A stretch of DNA of 54,411 nucleotides from Thermoplasmatota archaeon (GTDB taxonomy: Archaea > Thermoplasmatota > Penumbrarchaeia > Penumbrarchaeales > Penumbrarchaeaceae): the NCBI GenBank assembly GCA_965234725.1, contig CBDDUX010000031.1:1-54411 (forward strand), in the 5' to 3' direction. Positions 41,385-49,515 of the stretch are shown here, one piece after another. The translations under genes and the position numbers were made by a program. The notes under the pieces were generated by a model. That model was not told the DNA's origin and made no database searches. It was given only the letters and a program-made list of their open reading frames with translations. Position 1 is the stretch's first letter. Every line of letters starts with the position of its first letter.

Positions 41385-42364
41385 TCCTTCTTGTAGAAAC
41401 GGTTATTCTCCAGCATCAGTTCCCTGCCGTTCGTTCCAATATTTTTCCTTGAAACGTATGCGATGGAGAGTATCAGAACAAAGATGACGAAGGCTGTACC
41501 TATTGCGAATGAGACTATATGGTCCAAAATGAAGGATACAGTGTCTTCAGTCGCTTGATCCAGGGCTTCGATCAGACCTTCCAGAACAAGGAAGCTTCCC
41601 GATACGGAATAGGAATCTATGTCCTCTCCGATCGTCGAGGAGATGGACAGGGTCCCTGTTTCCTCTTCCGATTCCAGCAAGACATCTGTTTCCACTCTCT
41701 TTTGCCCTTCTGATGTGCTGATATTCGCGTCCTTATCGATCATGAGTTCACCGAGGTCCGTTCCTTTGTTGTTCTGATACTGGAACCGGTGACCATTGGT
41801 TTGATCTTTCCAGCAGCATCCTTCATCCAGACCGATGGAGGAGAGTTCCAGGTCAATGGTGATATTTCCTTTTCCTGGCGGGTCCTCGATATCTATACTA
41901 ACTTCAAGGTTCTTCTTGTCCCCTTCCCATCTATATCGAAATGAGATCGAGATCTGTGATGTATCACAAGAGACATTGTTCTTATCCTTCCATTCTACCT
42001 GACCCTGGTATCCTATGGTAGTACCGGATGTGTCATCATCTTGATCGACCGTCCATTCAGATGATCCCGGATCGATCTCGCAGGAAGTCCCATTATTATC
42101 ATGACGGATCTTGCCGATGGAGATCATGATCCCGGAATCACCTCCTTCATTCTCTATCGAAGCAGCTGGTCTTTCATTCCCGTACCTGTAGGAGACCTCT
42201 TTATCCAGAGGTCCTTTTTTGGAATCCTGACCGTTCATGGGACCGGGTCCTTCCATACCATTTCCAGGACCCATTCCCACCATTTTCTGTCCCAATGCCG
42301 GGGTGGAAAGGAACAGAACGGATGCTGTTAGGATTGCCATCAATGTGATCATGGTTCCTTTCAT
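41381..42364 (-). CDS. Secreted, membrane-anchored hypothetical protein
   Basis: Signal peptide, GMGPG-rich linker, C-terminal TM helix. Confidence 0.65.
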   Translation of the reverse strand: MKGTMITLMAILTASVLFLSTPALGQKMVGMGPGNGMEGPGPMNGQDSKKGPLDKEVSYRYGNERPAASIENEGGDSGIMISIGKIRHDNNGTSCEIDPGSSEWTVDQDDDTSGTTIGYQGQVEWKDKNNVSCDTSQISISFRYRWEGDKKNLEVSIDIEDPPGKGNITIDLELSSIGLDEGCCWKDQTNGHRFQYQNNKGTDLGELMIDKDANISTSEGQKRVETDVLLESEEETGTLSISSTIGEDIDSYSVSGSFLVLEGLIEALDQATEDTVSFILDHIVSFAIGTAFVIFVLILSIAYVSRKNIGTNGRELMLENNRFYKKD

Positions 42365-42400
42365 GAGGGTTCATTGGCATGGTGTATATAAGTCGGATTT

Positions 42401-42500
42401 GGAACACTGCTCTAGATGATTTTCTCCTTATGTACACTTTGTGAAAAATATTATGGGGATGCATATCTAGAGGTTTGTTCCACATCTAGAGATGCGTTCC
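42401..42500. promoter_or_regulatory. Triplicated TCTAGAG-N3-YGTTCC motif in a divergent promoter
   Basis: 42401-42416 on the minus strand; 42466-42481 and 42485-42500 on the plus strand. Confidence 0.55.
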
Positions 42501-42572
42501 AGAATGAGGTTAAATACCCGGTAGGTTGGTTATTTGTGGCGCGTAAAAGGCCCACCAATGGAGGTAACAAAA

Positions 42573-43238
42573 ATGAATACAAGAACGATGATCTTCGGTG
42601 GCTCAGCTGCTCTGGCCCTTCTCATAGGGGTCGCATTCTTTGCGGCCGCTACCGAGACCAATGATGGCACGATGTTGGGAGAAACAGCCCTTGGAGACAT
42701 GCTTCGCAAGGGTATGGACAATGGAAAAGGTGAGGTCGAACGTGCCATGGATGGAGAATGTGACCCTGAAGACGCAGAGCAGGCACGTGAGCAGGAGAAG
42801 CTCCAGGATGGCAGCTGTGGTGACGGTCCTTCAGAGGACGGCTCAGGTGAGATGAAGCAGGAGCAATCTCAGCAGAAGTCCGAAGGTTCAGATGCACCCG
42901 AGGATGCAGATCAGGCACGTGAGCAGGAGAAGCTCCAGGATGGCAGCTGTGGTGACGGTCCTTCAGAGGACGGCTCAGGTGAGATGAAGCAGGAGCAGTC
43001 CCAGCAGAAGTCCGAAGGTTCAGATGCACCCGAGGATGCGGAACAGACCCGTGAAAGGGAGCAGTTGAAAGACGGTTCCTGTGACGATGACGCCTCGGAA
43101 GATGAGGTTGTTTTCATATCATCCACAAGTGATGCCGGGGACGAATCAAAGGATAGGTCCGGCATTCAGCAGCACGACAGGGACAGGGACCAGGACAACG
43201 GCGGAACAGGTCCTGAATACAGGAACGGCGCAGTTTGA
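42573..43238 (+). CDS. Secreted acidic low-complexity protein with 44-aa DGSC repeats
   Basis: GGAGGT SD, signal peptide/TM, about 2.5 copies of PEDAEQAREQEKLQDGSCGDGPSEDGSGEMKQEQSQQKSEGSDA. Confidence 0.75.
   Translation: MNTRTMIFGGSAALALLIGVAFFAAATETNDGTMLGETALGDMLRKGMDNGKGEVERAMDGECDPEDAEQAREQEKLQDGSCGDGPSEDGSGEMKQEQSQQKSEGSDAPEDADQAREQEKLQDGSCGDGPSEDGSGEMKQEQSQQKSEGSDAPEDAEQTREREQLKDGSCDDDASEDEVVFISSTSDAGDESKDRSGIQQHDRDRDQDNGGTGPEYRNGAV
42765..43088 (+). repeat. 132-bp intragenic tandem repeat (about 2.5 copies)
   Basis: CAGGCACGTGAGCAGGAGAAGCTCC at 42780 and 42912. Copies 1 and 2 are near-identical; the third is partial and diverged. Confidence 0.92.
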
Positions 43239-43249
43239 ACATCGATTTT

Positions 43250-43284
43250 ATGCCGGATGGTCCGAATTGGACCTCCGGCATTTT
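43250..43284 (+). terminator. GC-rich hairpin after the repeat-protein gene
   Basis: ATGCCGGA-T-GGTCC / GGACC-TCCGGCAT stem followed by TTT, just after the stop codon. Confidence 0.55.
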
Positions 43285-43331
43285 GTATGAAAATTCATGA
43301 AAGCGGGTTGTAATCCTTTTTCATACACCCG

Positions 43332-43750
43332 CAAAGCAGTGTCTCTAATTGACGATCTGTTTTGACCTTGGAATTACTGAGATGATCTCAACATTATCTA
43401 ATTTCAAGGCACGCACAATGGTGTATGTCAGTGACGATCCATTGCTGCTGTGTGTCGAAATTACGAGTTATTAATACATTTGACGCGAGTAATTTACGAC
43501 ATTCCTATTTTAATAATCGGGTCTTGACATCATCGATGGCAAGGTCAGCATAAAACCGAAGCCGAAGGCTGTTTTCTGCAATGATTTCGAAGTCACATAA
43601 CTTATTTGATTGACGAGACCTTGAAATTGCTGAACCCTATCCAATCTCTCTGAATTTCAAGGCATGCACAATAGTGCTTTCAATTGACGCTCTATTGTTG
43701 CTATGGATCGAAATTCCGCATCATATCGAATTGACGAAAGGAATTTACGA
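43332..43750 (+). ncRNA. Candidate structured non-coding element: two diverged three-hairpin units (43366-43501, 43619-43750) plus an extra hairpin at 43332-43364
   Basis: Conserved stems with compensatory changes, conserved bulges and TTGACG loops. No ORF of 60 aa or more. G-U pairs favour the + strand. Confidence 0.55.
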
Positions 43751-43837
43751 GCTCCTTTGAAAAAGGAGTGACTTACGAAAAAACCCGCTTAACATTTTCA
43801 TCCTATGTTGTGAGCATTTAACTCTTGAGGGTTTTTT

Positions 43838-45130
43838 TTAATTTTCAACGAACTTGATACCTTTTTGTTTCAACCTTTCCAGGGCCGTAGTGTATACCTT
43901 GTGATGTGTGGGGATCTGAACCCCAGTGAAACCTTTCATTTCTCCCTTCAAGATCATTTCCACTCCGATCGCAGCCGGGAGCCCAACAGTCCTGGACATT
44001 GCAGAATCCCCTCCCGGGATTCCTTGATCGATCATTGTCGAGGTCAGGACCTTTTCAGTTCCATTTCTTTCTACCCTGAATTTGTGTTGAAGGATGATCA
44101 TATCCTTTTCACCCGGCTGGTAGGTCAACTTCTTGTTCAGAAGGTCCGAAAATGAGTCCATCATACTCTCGGTACTGCTCAATGGTTCATCCGAGAACAG
44201 GCCGAGCCAATCCCAATTGCTTATGGCTGTCATGTTGTTCTTAGTGTTTATGCTGGATAGAGCCCTTTCCTTAAGGTTTCCCTCTCCGGGGATGAGGCCC
44301 TCCATTAGCTGGTGGAAAGTTGCTGCTGTTGTGGGGGCTTCTTCCAGGATCCCGATATCATGAAGTCCTTTCCAGGTATCGCACCACCCTTTGTTCCTTA
44401 GTGTTCCCCTAAGGACGGTCCTGGACTCAGGGATCCCGTAGATATCCCCGTAGGGTACCGAATCCCTGTTGGGATAACCTTCGAATTTTCCCATGCCCGG
44501 TATGTCTATCATCTCATAGGTTCCGAAAAGCTCCTTTCCTGGAACATCTAGGACCTTTCCATCTCTCTTGAACCTTGCATTGTTCTTTGAGGCCAGAACG
44601 ACCCCCCTTGGACTCCAGGAGAACTTGTAACCCCATGGATTAGTATTTGCATCAGGAGCTGGGAGACCTCCGCAGTAGGAGATGAATTCTAGGACTTTAC
44701 CTCCATCTTTGTGTACCAGGTCGATCACCCTTTGAGCTTCCATGTGATCGATCCCGGGGTCCAAACCCATCTCGTTCATTATGAGGATTCCAGCGTCCTT
44801 TGCTGCTTTGTCATATCCCTTCATCTTCTCAGAGACGTAGGATGTGGTGACCATGGACCTGCCTTTCCTTAAACAGGCTTCAGCTACGAGATGATGACAG
44901 GTGTAAGGTAATAGTGAGACAGAGACATCGTTCTCATCCACCAGCTTATCCAGGTTGTTATCCCGGTTTATATCAAATCGGAGAGGTTGCCCTCCTCCCG
45001 AGCTTTTTGTGATCCTTTCCGCCTTTTCCAAGGTCCTGCTGGCAACGGTGACTTTGAACCCCGCTCCCACGAGGTGATCGACCAGCGGTCTGGCTACAAG
45101 CCCCGCTCCTAAAACAAGTACGCTTTTCAT
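43838..45130 (-). CDS. Saccharopine dehydrogenase (glutamate-forming; Lys9/AASS C-terminal type)
   Basis: VLGAG.VA.P, SLLPY..H, VTTSY, NEMGLDPGIDH, SYCGGLP, YKFSWSPRG, YPNRDS, RGTLR, SAMSRTVG. Confidence 0.92.
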   Translation of the reverse strand: MKSVLVLGAGLVARPLVDHLVGAGFKVTVASRTLEKAERITKSSGGGQPLRFDINRDNNLDKLVDENDVSVSLLPYTCHHLVAEACLRKGRSMVTTSYVSEKMKGYDKAAKDAGILIMNEMGLDPGIDHMEAQRVIDLVHKDGGKVLEFISYCGGLPAPDANTNPWGYKFSWSPRGVVLASKNNARFKRDGKVLDVPGKELFGTYEMIDIPGMGKFEGYPNRDSVPYGDIYGIPESRTVLRGTLRNKGWCDTWKGLHDIGILEEAPTTAATFHQLMEGLIPGEGNLKERALSSINTKNNMTAISNWDWLGLFSDEPLSSTESMMDSFSDLLNKKLTYQPGEKDMIILQHKFRVERNGTEKVLTSTMIDQGIPGGDSAMSRTVGLPAAIGVEMILKGEMKGFTGVQIPTHHKVYTTALERLKQKGIKFVEN

Positions 45131-45131
45131 A

Positions 45132-46445
45132 TTATATCTCCTGAAGTGCCTTTTCAAGATATCTGTAACCTTCTGTTAGTTCTCCCTTGTAGATGATTAT
45201 GGCTTTTCTGATGGGTTTGGGGACCTTAAGATCTTCGAATGAGACCGTGAGGTCCGCATTTGCAAGAGCTGGAAGGAACTCCTTGAGCTTGTCTCCAAAA
45301 TAATCGGATGATTCCTTCGGGATCTCGCATGGAAGATTGTCCACCGTCATCATAACGGGACCGGTTCCTTTCCAGCCAGGTATGGCAGAATCTTCCCATG
45401 GATCATATACATATAGAGGATCCTCAGGGGATGTGGCCTTGATCGTTGACTGGATGGCCCCGTTAATATCGCAAGATATATCCCCGATGACACGGAGCTT
45501 CGGGGATCGGTGGTCCTGGTAAAGCTCTTTGATCTGTTCCTTTGTAAGAAGTCTGGGATATTTCTCTTCCCAGTAGATGCAGTTCATCAGGACTGAGAGA
45601 TAAGGAATATACCGATTGAACTTGGACCTGTAACGTTCAGGGTTGTTGTAATAGTCCTGAAGATCGAACTTTCCCTCGGGATCGATTGGTTCGACCATGT
45701 CCCATTCGTTGAATATTACTTTGTAGATATTGGTCCCGGAATCCTTCCTCTTGTTCAGATCCTTTAGCTCTGCCGGGCTGACCTCTTTTACCGGGAGAAG
45801 ATCCAGTATCTCTTGTGCCCCCTTGGATACGTTACCGGAACCCGCGATCCCGATGACAAACGGTCTGATGGAATAGGGGATCCCGTAGGTTGTGATCATC
45901 CTTCCAACTGCCGAGATATGTTCCCTGATATTGGGGAGGTTACCGTACTCGTGCGCCTTCATTATCGAACTGAATGGATTTCTGACCCCTTCCCATTCCA
46001 GTCTCCGGCCGACGGTCCAAAGTGTGTCCACCATACCTGCAACGCCGGCATGCCATCCGAAGAATATCAGACGTCTACCCTGCTCATCGACGATCTTCTC
46101 ATAATCGATCAAGGTGCAGTGAATGTCCATCATCTTCTTGAGCATCCTCATGTTGTGCTTCTGTCCCTTGATGGTATGTGAGAAGAACATGTAACACATC
46201 TTCGGGATGAGCTCGTGGATAGGTACTTCCTTAATTCCCAGGGTGATATCCACCTCGTTCAGCTCTTCATCAATCCTAGCTCCGGCAGTCTCATAGTCCT
46301 CGGTAAGGAATGCCCTGAGATCAGAAGGCTGTACAGTGAACTTTACCTCATGGTCGTTTACAAGCCTCTGGACATGGTCCGGAGTTAGGGGGGCTCTTCT
46401 CTCCCATCTATTCTTGCTTTCCCGCCTGATCCCAATTCGGTTCAT
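45132..46445 (-). CDS. Lysine-2-oxoglutarate reductase (AASS N-terminal / LKR type)
   Basis: IGIRRE.KN.WERRAPLTP, FFSHTIKGQ..NM, LIDYEKI, FG..AG.AG, GSGNVSKGAQE, DISCD..G, DNLP.E.P. Confidence 0.9.
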   Translation of the reverse strand: MNRIGIRRESKNRWERRAPLTPDHVQRLVNDHEVKFTVQPSDLRAFLTEDYETAGARIDEELNEVDITLGIKEVPIHELIPKMCYMFFSHTIKGQKHNMRMLKKMMDIHCTLIDYEKIVDEQGRRLIFFGWHAGVAGMVDTLWTVGRRLEWEGVRNPFSSIMKAHEYGNLPNIREHISAVGRMITTYGIPYSIRPFVIGIAGSGNVSKGAQEILDLLPVKEVSPAELKDLNKRKDSGTNIYKVIFNEWDMVEPIDPEGKFDLQDYYNNPERYRSKFNRYIPYLSVLMNCIYWEEKYPRLLTKEQIKELYQDHRSPKLRVIGDISCDINGAIQSTIKATSPEDPLYVYDPWEDSAIPGWKGTGPVMMTVDNLPCEIPKESSDYFGDKLKEFLPALANADLTVSFEDLKVPKPIRKAIIIYKGELTEGYRYLEKALQEI

Positions 46446-46493
46446 CTTATCGATCAACGTAAATGTGGAGGTTCCATTAATACTAGACGTAGG

Positions 46494-46796
46494 TCACTTT
46501 GAGGGTTTGTTATATTTGGGATATTTTCCATTCCTCTCGTAGAACTCCTCCATTGCCTCATCCCAGGCCTTTTTTGCTTCCTCCCCGGTCTCGTAATATT
46601 CAATGGAGAAGAATTCCACATCATCTGCAGGTGAAGGACCGTCGGGAAGATGTTTTGGCAAATGCTTCTTGATGTTGCCCCTACCTATGAAAAGTATCCT
46701 CTTTGATGCCCCCGCCAGTTTGTATACTCCCCACCTCTTTTCGACCTTCTCAACGTTCTTCTCGACGTATGGGTAGTAGGTGAACTCCATTATCAT
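46494..46796 (-). CDS. Small GIY-YIG-like domain protein (degenerate)
   Basis: GVYKL.......LFIG..N pattern and C-terminal P.YN. Confidence 0.5.
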   Translation of the reverse strand: MIMEFTYYPYVEKNVEKVEKRWGVYKLAGASKRILFIGRGNIKKHLPKHLPDGPSPADDVEFFSIEYYETGEEAKKAWDEAMEEFYERNGKYPKYNKPSK

Positions 46797-46839
46797 GCTG
46801 CCTCACCCTTTTTGGTAATCGATATTAGCCTTATTAAAA

Positions 46840-47895
46840 TCATTCTGCATTTCTATCCATTTTTCTTAGATTTACTTTCAACCTACCGAATGACCTTATC
46901 GATCCGACTAGTTGCTCCGATCTGGTCTTAATTATGCTGGGATGATATTTCATTCCTGCACCCTCTTCGTTGAAAAGACCAAGCTCCTTCAGGATATGGA
47001 ATGATAATGCCTCGCATGCAGGGTAGGCCCCGTCCTCGATCTTCACCGATATCCCCAGCCATTCTCCATTGATGTTCGCTGCCATGGTTTGCAGACCCAC
47101 TGCTCCTGCCTTTGAGATCAATTTGTTCTTATGGTCCATCATCATTATTGTATCGAACCTGTCTGTCCCAGCTATAAGATAAGGGTGGTTGATGAATGCA
47201 TCCCTCATTGTTTTTAGAGCTGTCTGGTATTTTCTCTCTTCGGGGTCTGCCAGGATTGCAAACAGCTGTGCCATTTTATTTATTGGAAGGCCGAAGTTGG
47301 GAATATCGCAGCCGTCCACACCGAGAAAGACATCTTCTTTTTTCATGTCTGTAAGTCTTGAGATCAGGTTTACTATCTCTTTTGTTAGGGGATGATTGAG
47401 GTCTGTGTAGTCTTGAATGTCCCACCCCATATGCTTGCATGTTGCTATTGCCCCAGTGTGTTTTCCTGAGCAGTTGTCATGAAGTTTGCTGTATTCTCCA
47501 TGGAGCTGTTTTACAGTTCCCTTGTGGAACGGAGGATGACCTCCACACTTCAGTGAAGAGACATCTATGCCTATCTTTTCCATCATCTTCTTGACTAAAC
47601 CGATATGGGCTTCTTCTCCCGAATGCGAGGCCGAACACATGGCGATCTCCTCTTCGGTGAATAGGTATTCTTTTGCAGCTCCGAGGTAAAGAACAGGGAG
47701 GGCCTGGATCGGTTTGATGCAGGACCTTGTGAAAGTAAAATGATGAGGGTCACCAGATGAATATCTCAAGTTCCCTTTTTTATCCACCACTGCAACGTGG
47801 GTCCTGTGGAGGGCCTCGACGAGACCGTTCCGTTCCTCTATTACGATGTGTTCCCCTTCGAGGAATTCCTTGTTCATGAGGTCAGAAAGGAACAT
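46840..47895 (-). CDS. L-asparaginase II (Rhizobium etli AnsA-type, class 3)
   Basis: RSCIKPIQAL, SHSGE..H, NCSGKH, DGC..P, K.GA.G, KIEDG. Confidence 0.9.
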   Translation of the reverse strand: MFLSDLMNKEFLEGEHIVIEERNGLVEALHRTHVAVVDKKGNLRYSSGDPHHFTFTRSCIKPIQALPVLYLGAAKEYLFTEEEIAMCSASHSGEEAHIGLVKKMMEKIGIDVSSLKCGGHPPFHKGTVKQLHGEYSKLHDNCSGKHTGAIATCKHMGWDIQDYTDLNHPLTKEIVNLISRLTDMKKEDVFLGVDGCDIPNFGLPINKMAQLFAILADPEERKYQTALKTMRDAFINHPYLIAGTDRFDTIMMMDHKNKLISKAGAVGLQTMAANINGEWLGISVKIEDGAYPACEALSFHILKELGLFNEEGAGMKYHPSIIKTRSEQLVGSIRSFGRLKVNLRKMDRNAE

Positions 47896-47952
47896 GAGGA
47901 GTGGAGTTGAATGAGCGATATAAAAGTTTCAATAGAAATGGATCGGAGGGTG

Positions 47953-48108
47953 TTATTCCCTGGCCTCATCAATGAGGTCCTTCCTCTTCTTCTCCACGTG
48001 GGTCCTTTCGATCTCTAACAAGGACCCTTCAGGACCTCCACGCTCCTTGAAGTGCGTATTCTTGAGAACGGACCTCAGGTTCTTTTCGAGTTCCTTTTTC
48101 TCATCCAT
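47953..48108 (-). CDS. Small charged protein (51 aa), below the ORF-track cutoff
   Basis: MDEKKELEKNLRSVLKNTHFKERGGPEGSLLEIERTHVEKKRKDLIDEARE*. Purine-rich codons like neighbouring genes; TTAAATA about 25 nt upstream. Confidence 0.6.
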   Translation of the reverse strand: MDEKKELEKNLRSVLKNTHFKERGGPEGSLLEIERTHVEKKRKDLIDEARE

Positions 48109-48424
48109 ATTATATCATTGTTCAGGACTCTATTTAAGAGTGACGCTTCCATGGTATTATTGTATTTATCCTGTGATATATTGATCGATATGATCATTCG
48201 TATTATTCAGATAGTAAAGGCCTGCAACAATGGATCAATTGTTATGAAGATCAACCAATATGGAATCTATTGGTTATCATTCCAAAGAATAGCATGTTAA
48301 ACACCTTGAATAACTAATTACGGGCGGTTAGATTTAATAGTCTGGAACATATTGATTTCAGATGGATAAACGTTGGATTCGGTTAACGGTTGATCCGGAT
48401 CGGATCCCTATTTCCAGAAGGTAG

Positions 48425-49432
48425 ATGGAAATGAAGAAGGCTGTCGTAATCATAGCGGTAATAGCAGGGGCGATCCTCGCAATAGGAGGGTTCCTGGTAG
48501 GTTCCTATCAAGGTTCCGTTAACCTGTTCTCATCTGACCGGAGCAGTCCCGATGAGGTCCAATGTCCGACATGGATGAACGGACAGTTTTGGCACTATGC
48601 GTTCGAAACGCCGGATATCAAACCTACAATGGCAAGGGTCGTGGTGGCTACCAGTAATGATACAAATTACCAGCTGGGTATTGAGAACAGATTGGATGCT
48701 CAGAAGCATGCAGTGCTTAATTACAATCCAATGCTGGGAAGGATCACGACCGAAACCCTGGGAGTATATGAGAATGGTATTGTCCAGCCGATTTTAAAAT
48801 TTCCACTTGAGAAAGGAGAGACCTGGAAATTCTCTTTCCTGGGACGTGAGGAGTGGGAAGCAAAGGTCACCTCCATTGTGAGGAACACATTGATCGATGA
48901 TGGGAAAGCAGTCAATGTCAACATCGAAGCCAAGACCAGCAGCGGGGATGTCCTCAGTTACGTTTATGGTTCCGATGTTGGCTGGCTGCGGTCTATGGTC
49001 CTTACAAATGCACAAGGGGAAGAGGAATTGAGCATGGTCATGGTCTCACATGGAACCGGTTTCACCGGGGAGGTCTTCTTCTTCAGAGGGGTAGACCTCT
49101 ATGATGAGGTATACAGCTCTTCAACCGGTTCCCCGGTGATCGATATCTACGATTCCTTCATAGACAGAGGTCATGCAAAATGGGGTCCGTTCGACAGTCT
49201 GATCTATTATTACGAGGTGGAGGTCGGTTCCCAGTCCAATGGCCTTCTTACCATCAGGGACCATTCGACCAATGCAGTACTCAGGAAAACCTATGATCCC
49301 GGCACCACCGAGAACGGCATGGGATCCATACCCAGCTCCGGTGGAGAGGTGGGAATAGTCATCGGTCTGCAGGGGACCTGTGATCTGCATCTCATGATCG
49401 CCGGTGGTATCGAGTATAAATGGACGTTGTAA
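48425..49432 (+). CDS. N-terminally anchored or secreted hypothetical protein
   Basis: KK plus hydrophobic helix, P.W..GQFW.Y, FPLE.G.TW beta-rich domain. Confidence 0.7.
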   Translation: MEMKKAVVIIAVIAGAILAIGGFLVGSYQGSVNLFSSDRSSPDEVQCPTWMNGQFWHYAFETPDIKPTMARVVVATSNDTNYQLGIENRLDAQKHAVLNYNPMLGRITTETLGVYENGIVQPILKFPLEKGETWKFSFLGREEWEAKVTSIVRNTLIDDGKAVNVNIEAKTSSGDVLSYVYGSDVGWLRSMVLTNAQGEEELSMVMVSHGTGFTGEVFFFRGVDLYDEVYSSSTGSPVIDIYDSFIDRGHAKWGPFDSLIYYYEVEVGSQSNGLLTIRDHSTNAVLRKTYDPGTTENGMGSIPSSGGEVGIVIGLQGTCDLHLMIAGGIEYKWTL

Positions 49433-49515
49433 TATAGAAGTGATCTGGGATTCTGTACTAATGAGGACCTTGCAAATTCATGATGCTAACGAATTGGTGG
49501 AATATTGTTCAGAAA

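Noticed and set aside
43303-43333. GCGGGT...CACCCGCA resembling the tRNA-Gly acceptor stem
   Set aside because: Only 6-8 nt matches and no cloverleaf. It competes with an alternative stem TGTATGAAAA/TTTTCATACA (43284-43327). Could be chance.
43240-43835. CRISPR array or integron attC array
   Set aside because: No regularly spaced identical repeats, no RYYYAAC/GTTRRRY core at the hairpin bases, and no cas or integron integrase genes in the window.
43810-43839. Resemblance to the T7 terminator (CTTGAGGGTTTTTT)
   Set aside because: Short match only; more simply a native hairpin/T-tract at the end of a convergent gene.
1-49400. Very frequent GATC/GGATCC words
   Set aside because: Spread through coding regions and consistent with GAT/ATC codon preference; cannot be judged without genome-wide statistics.
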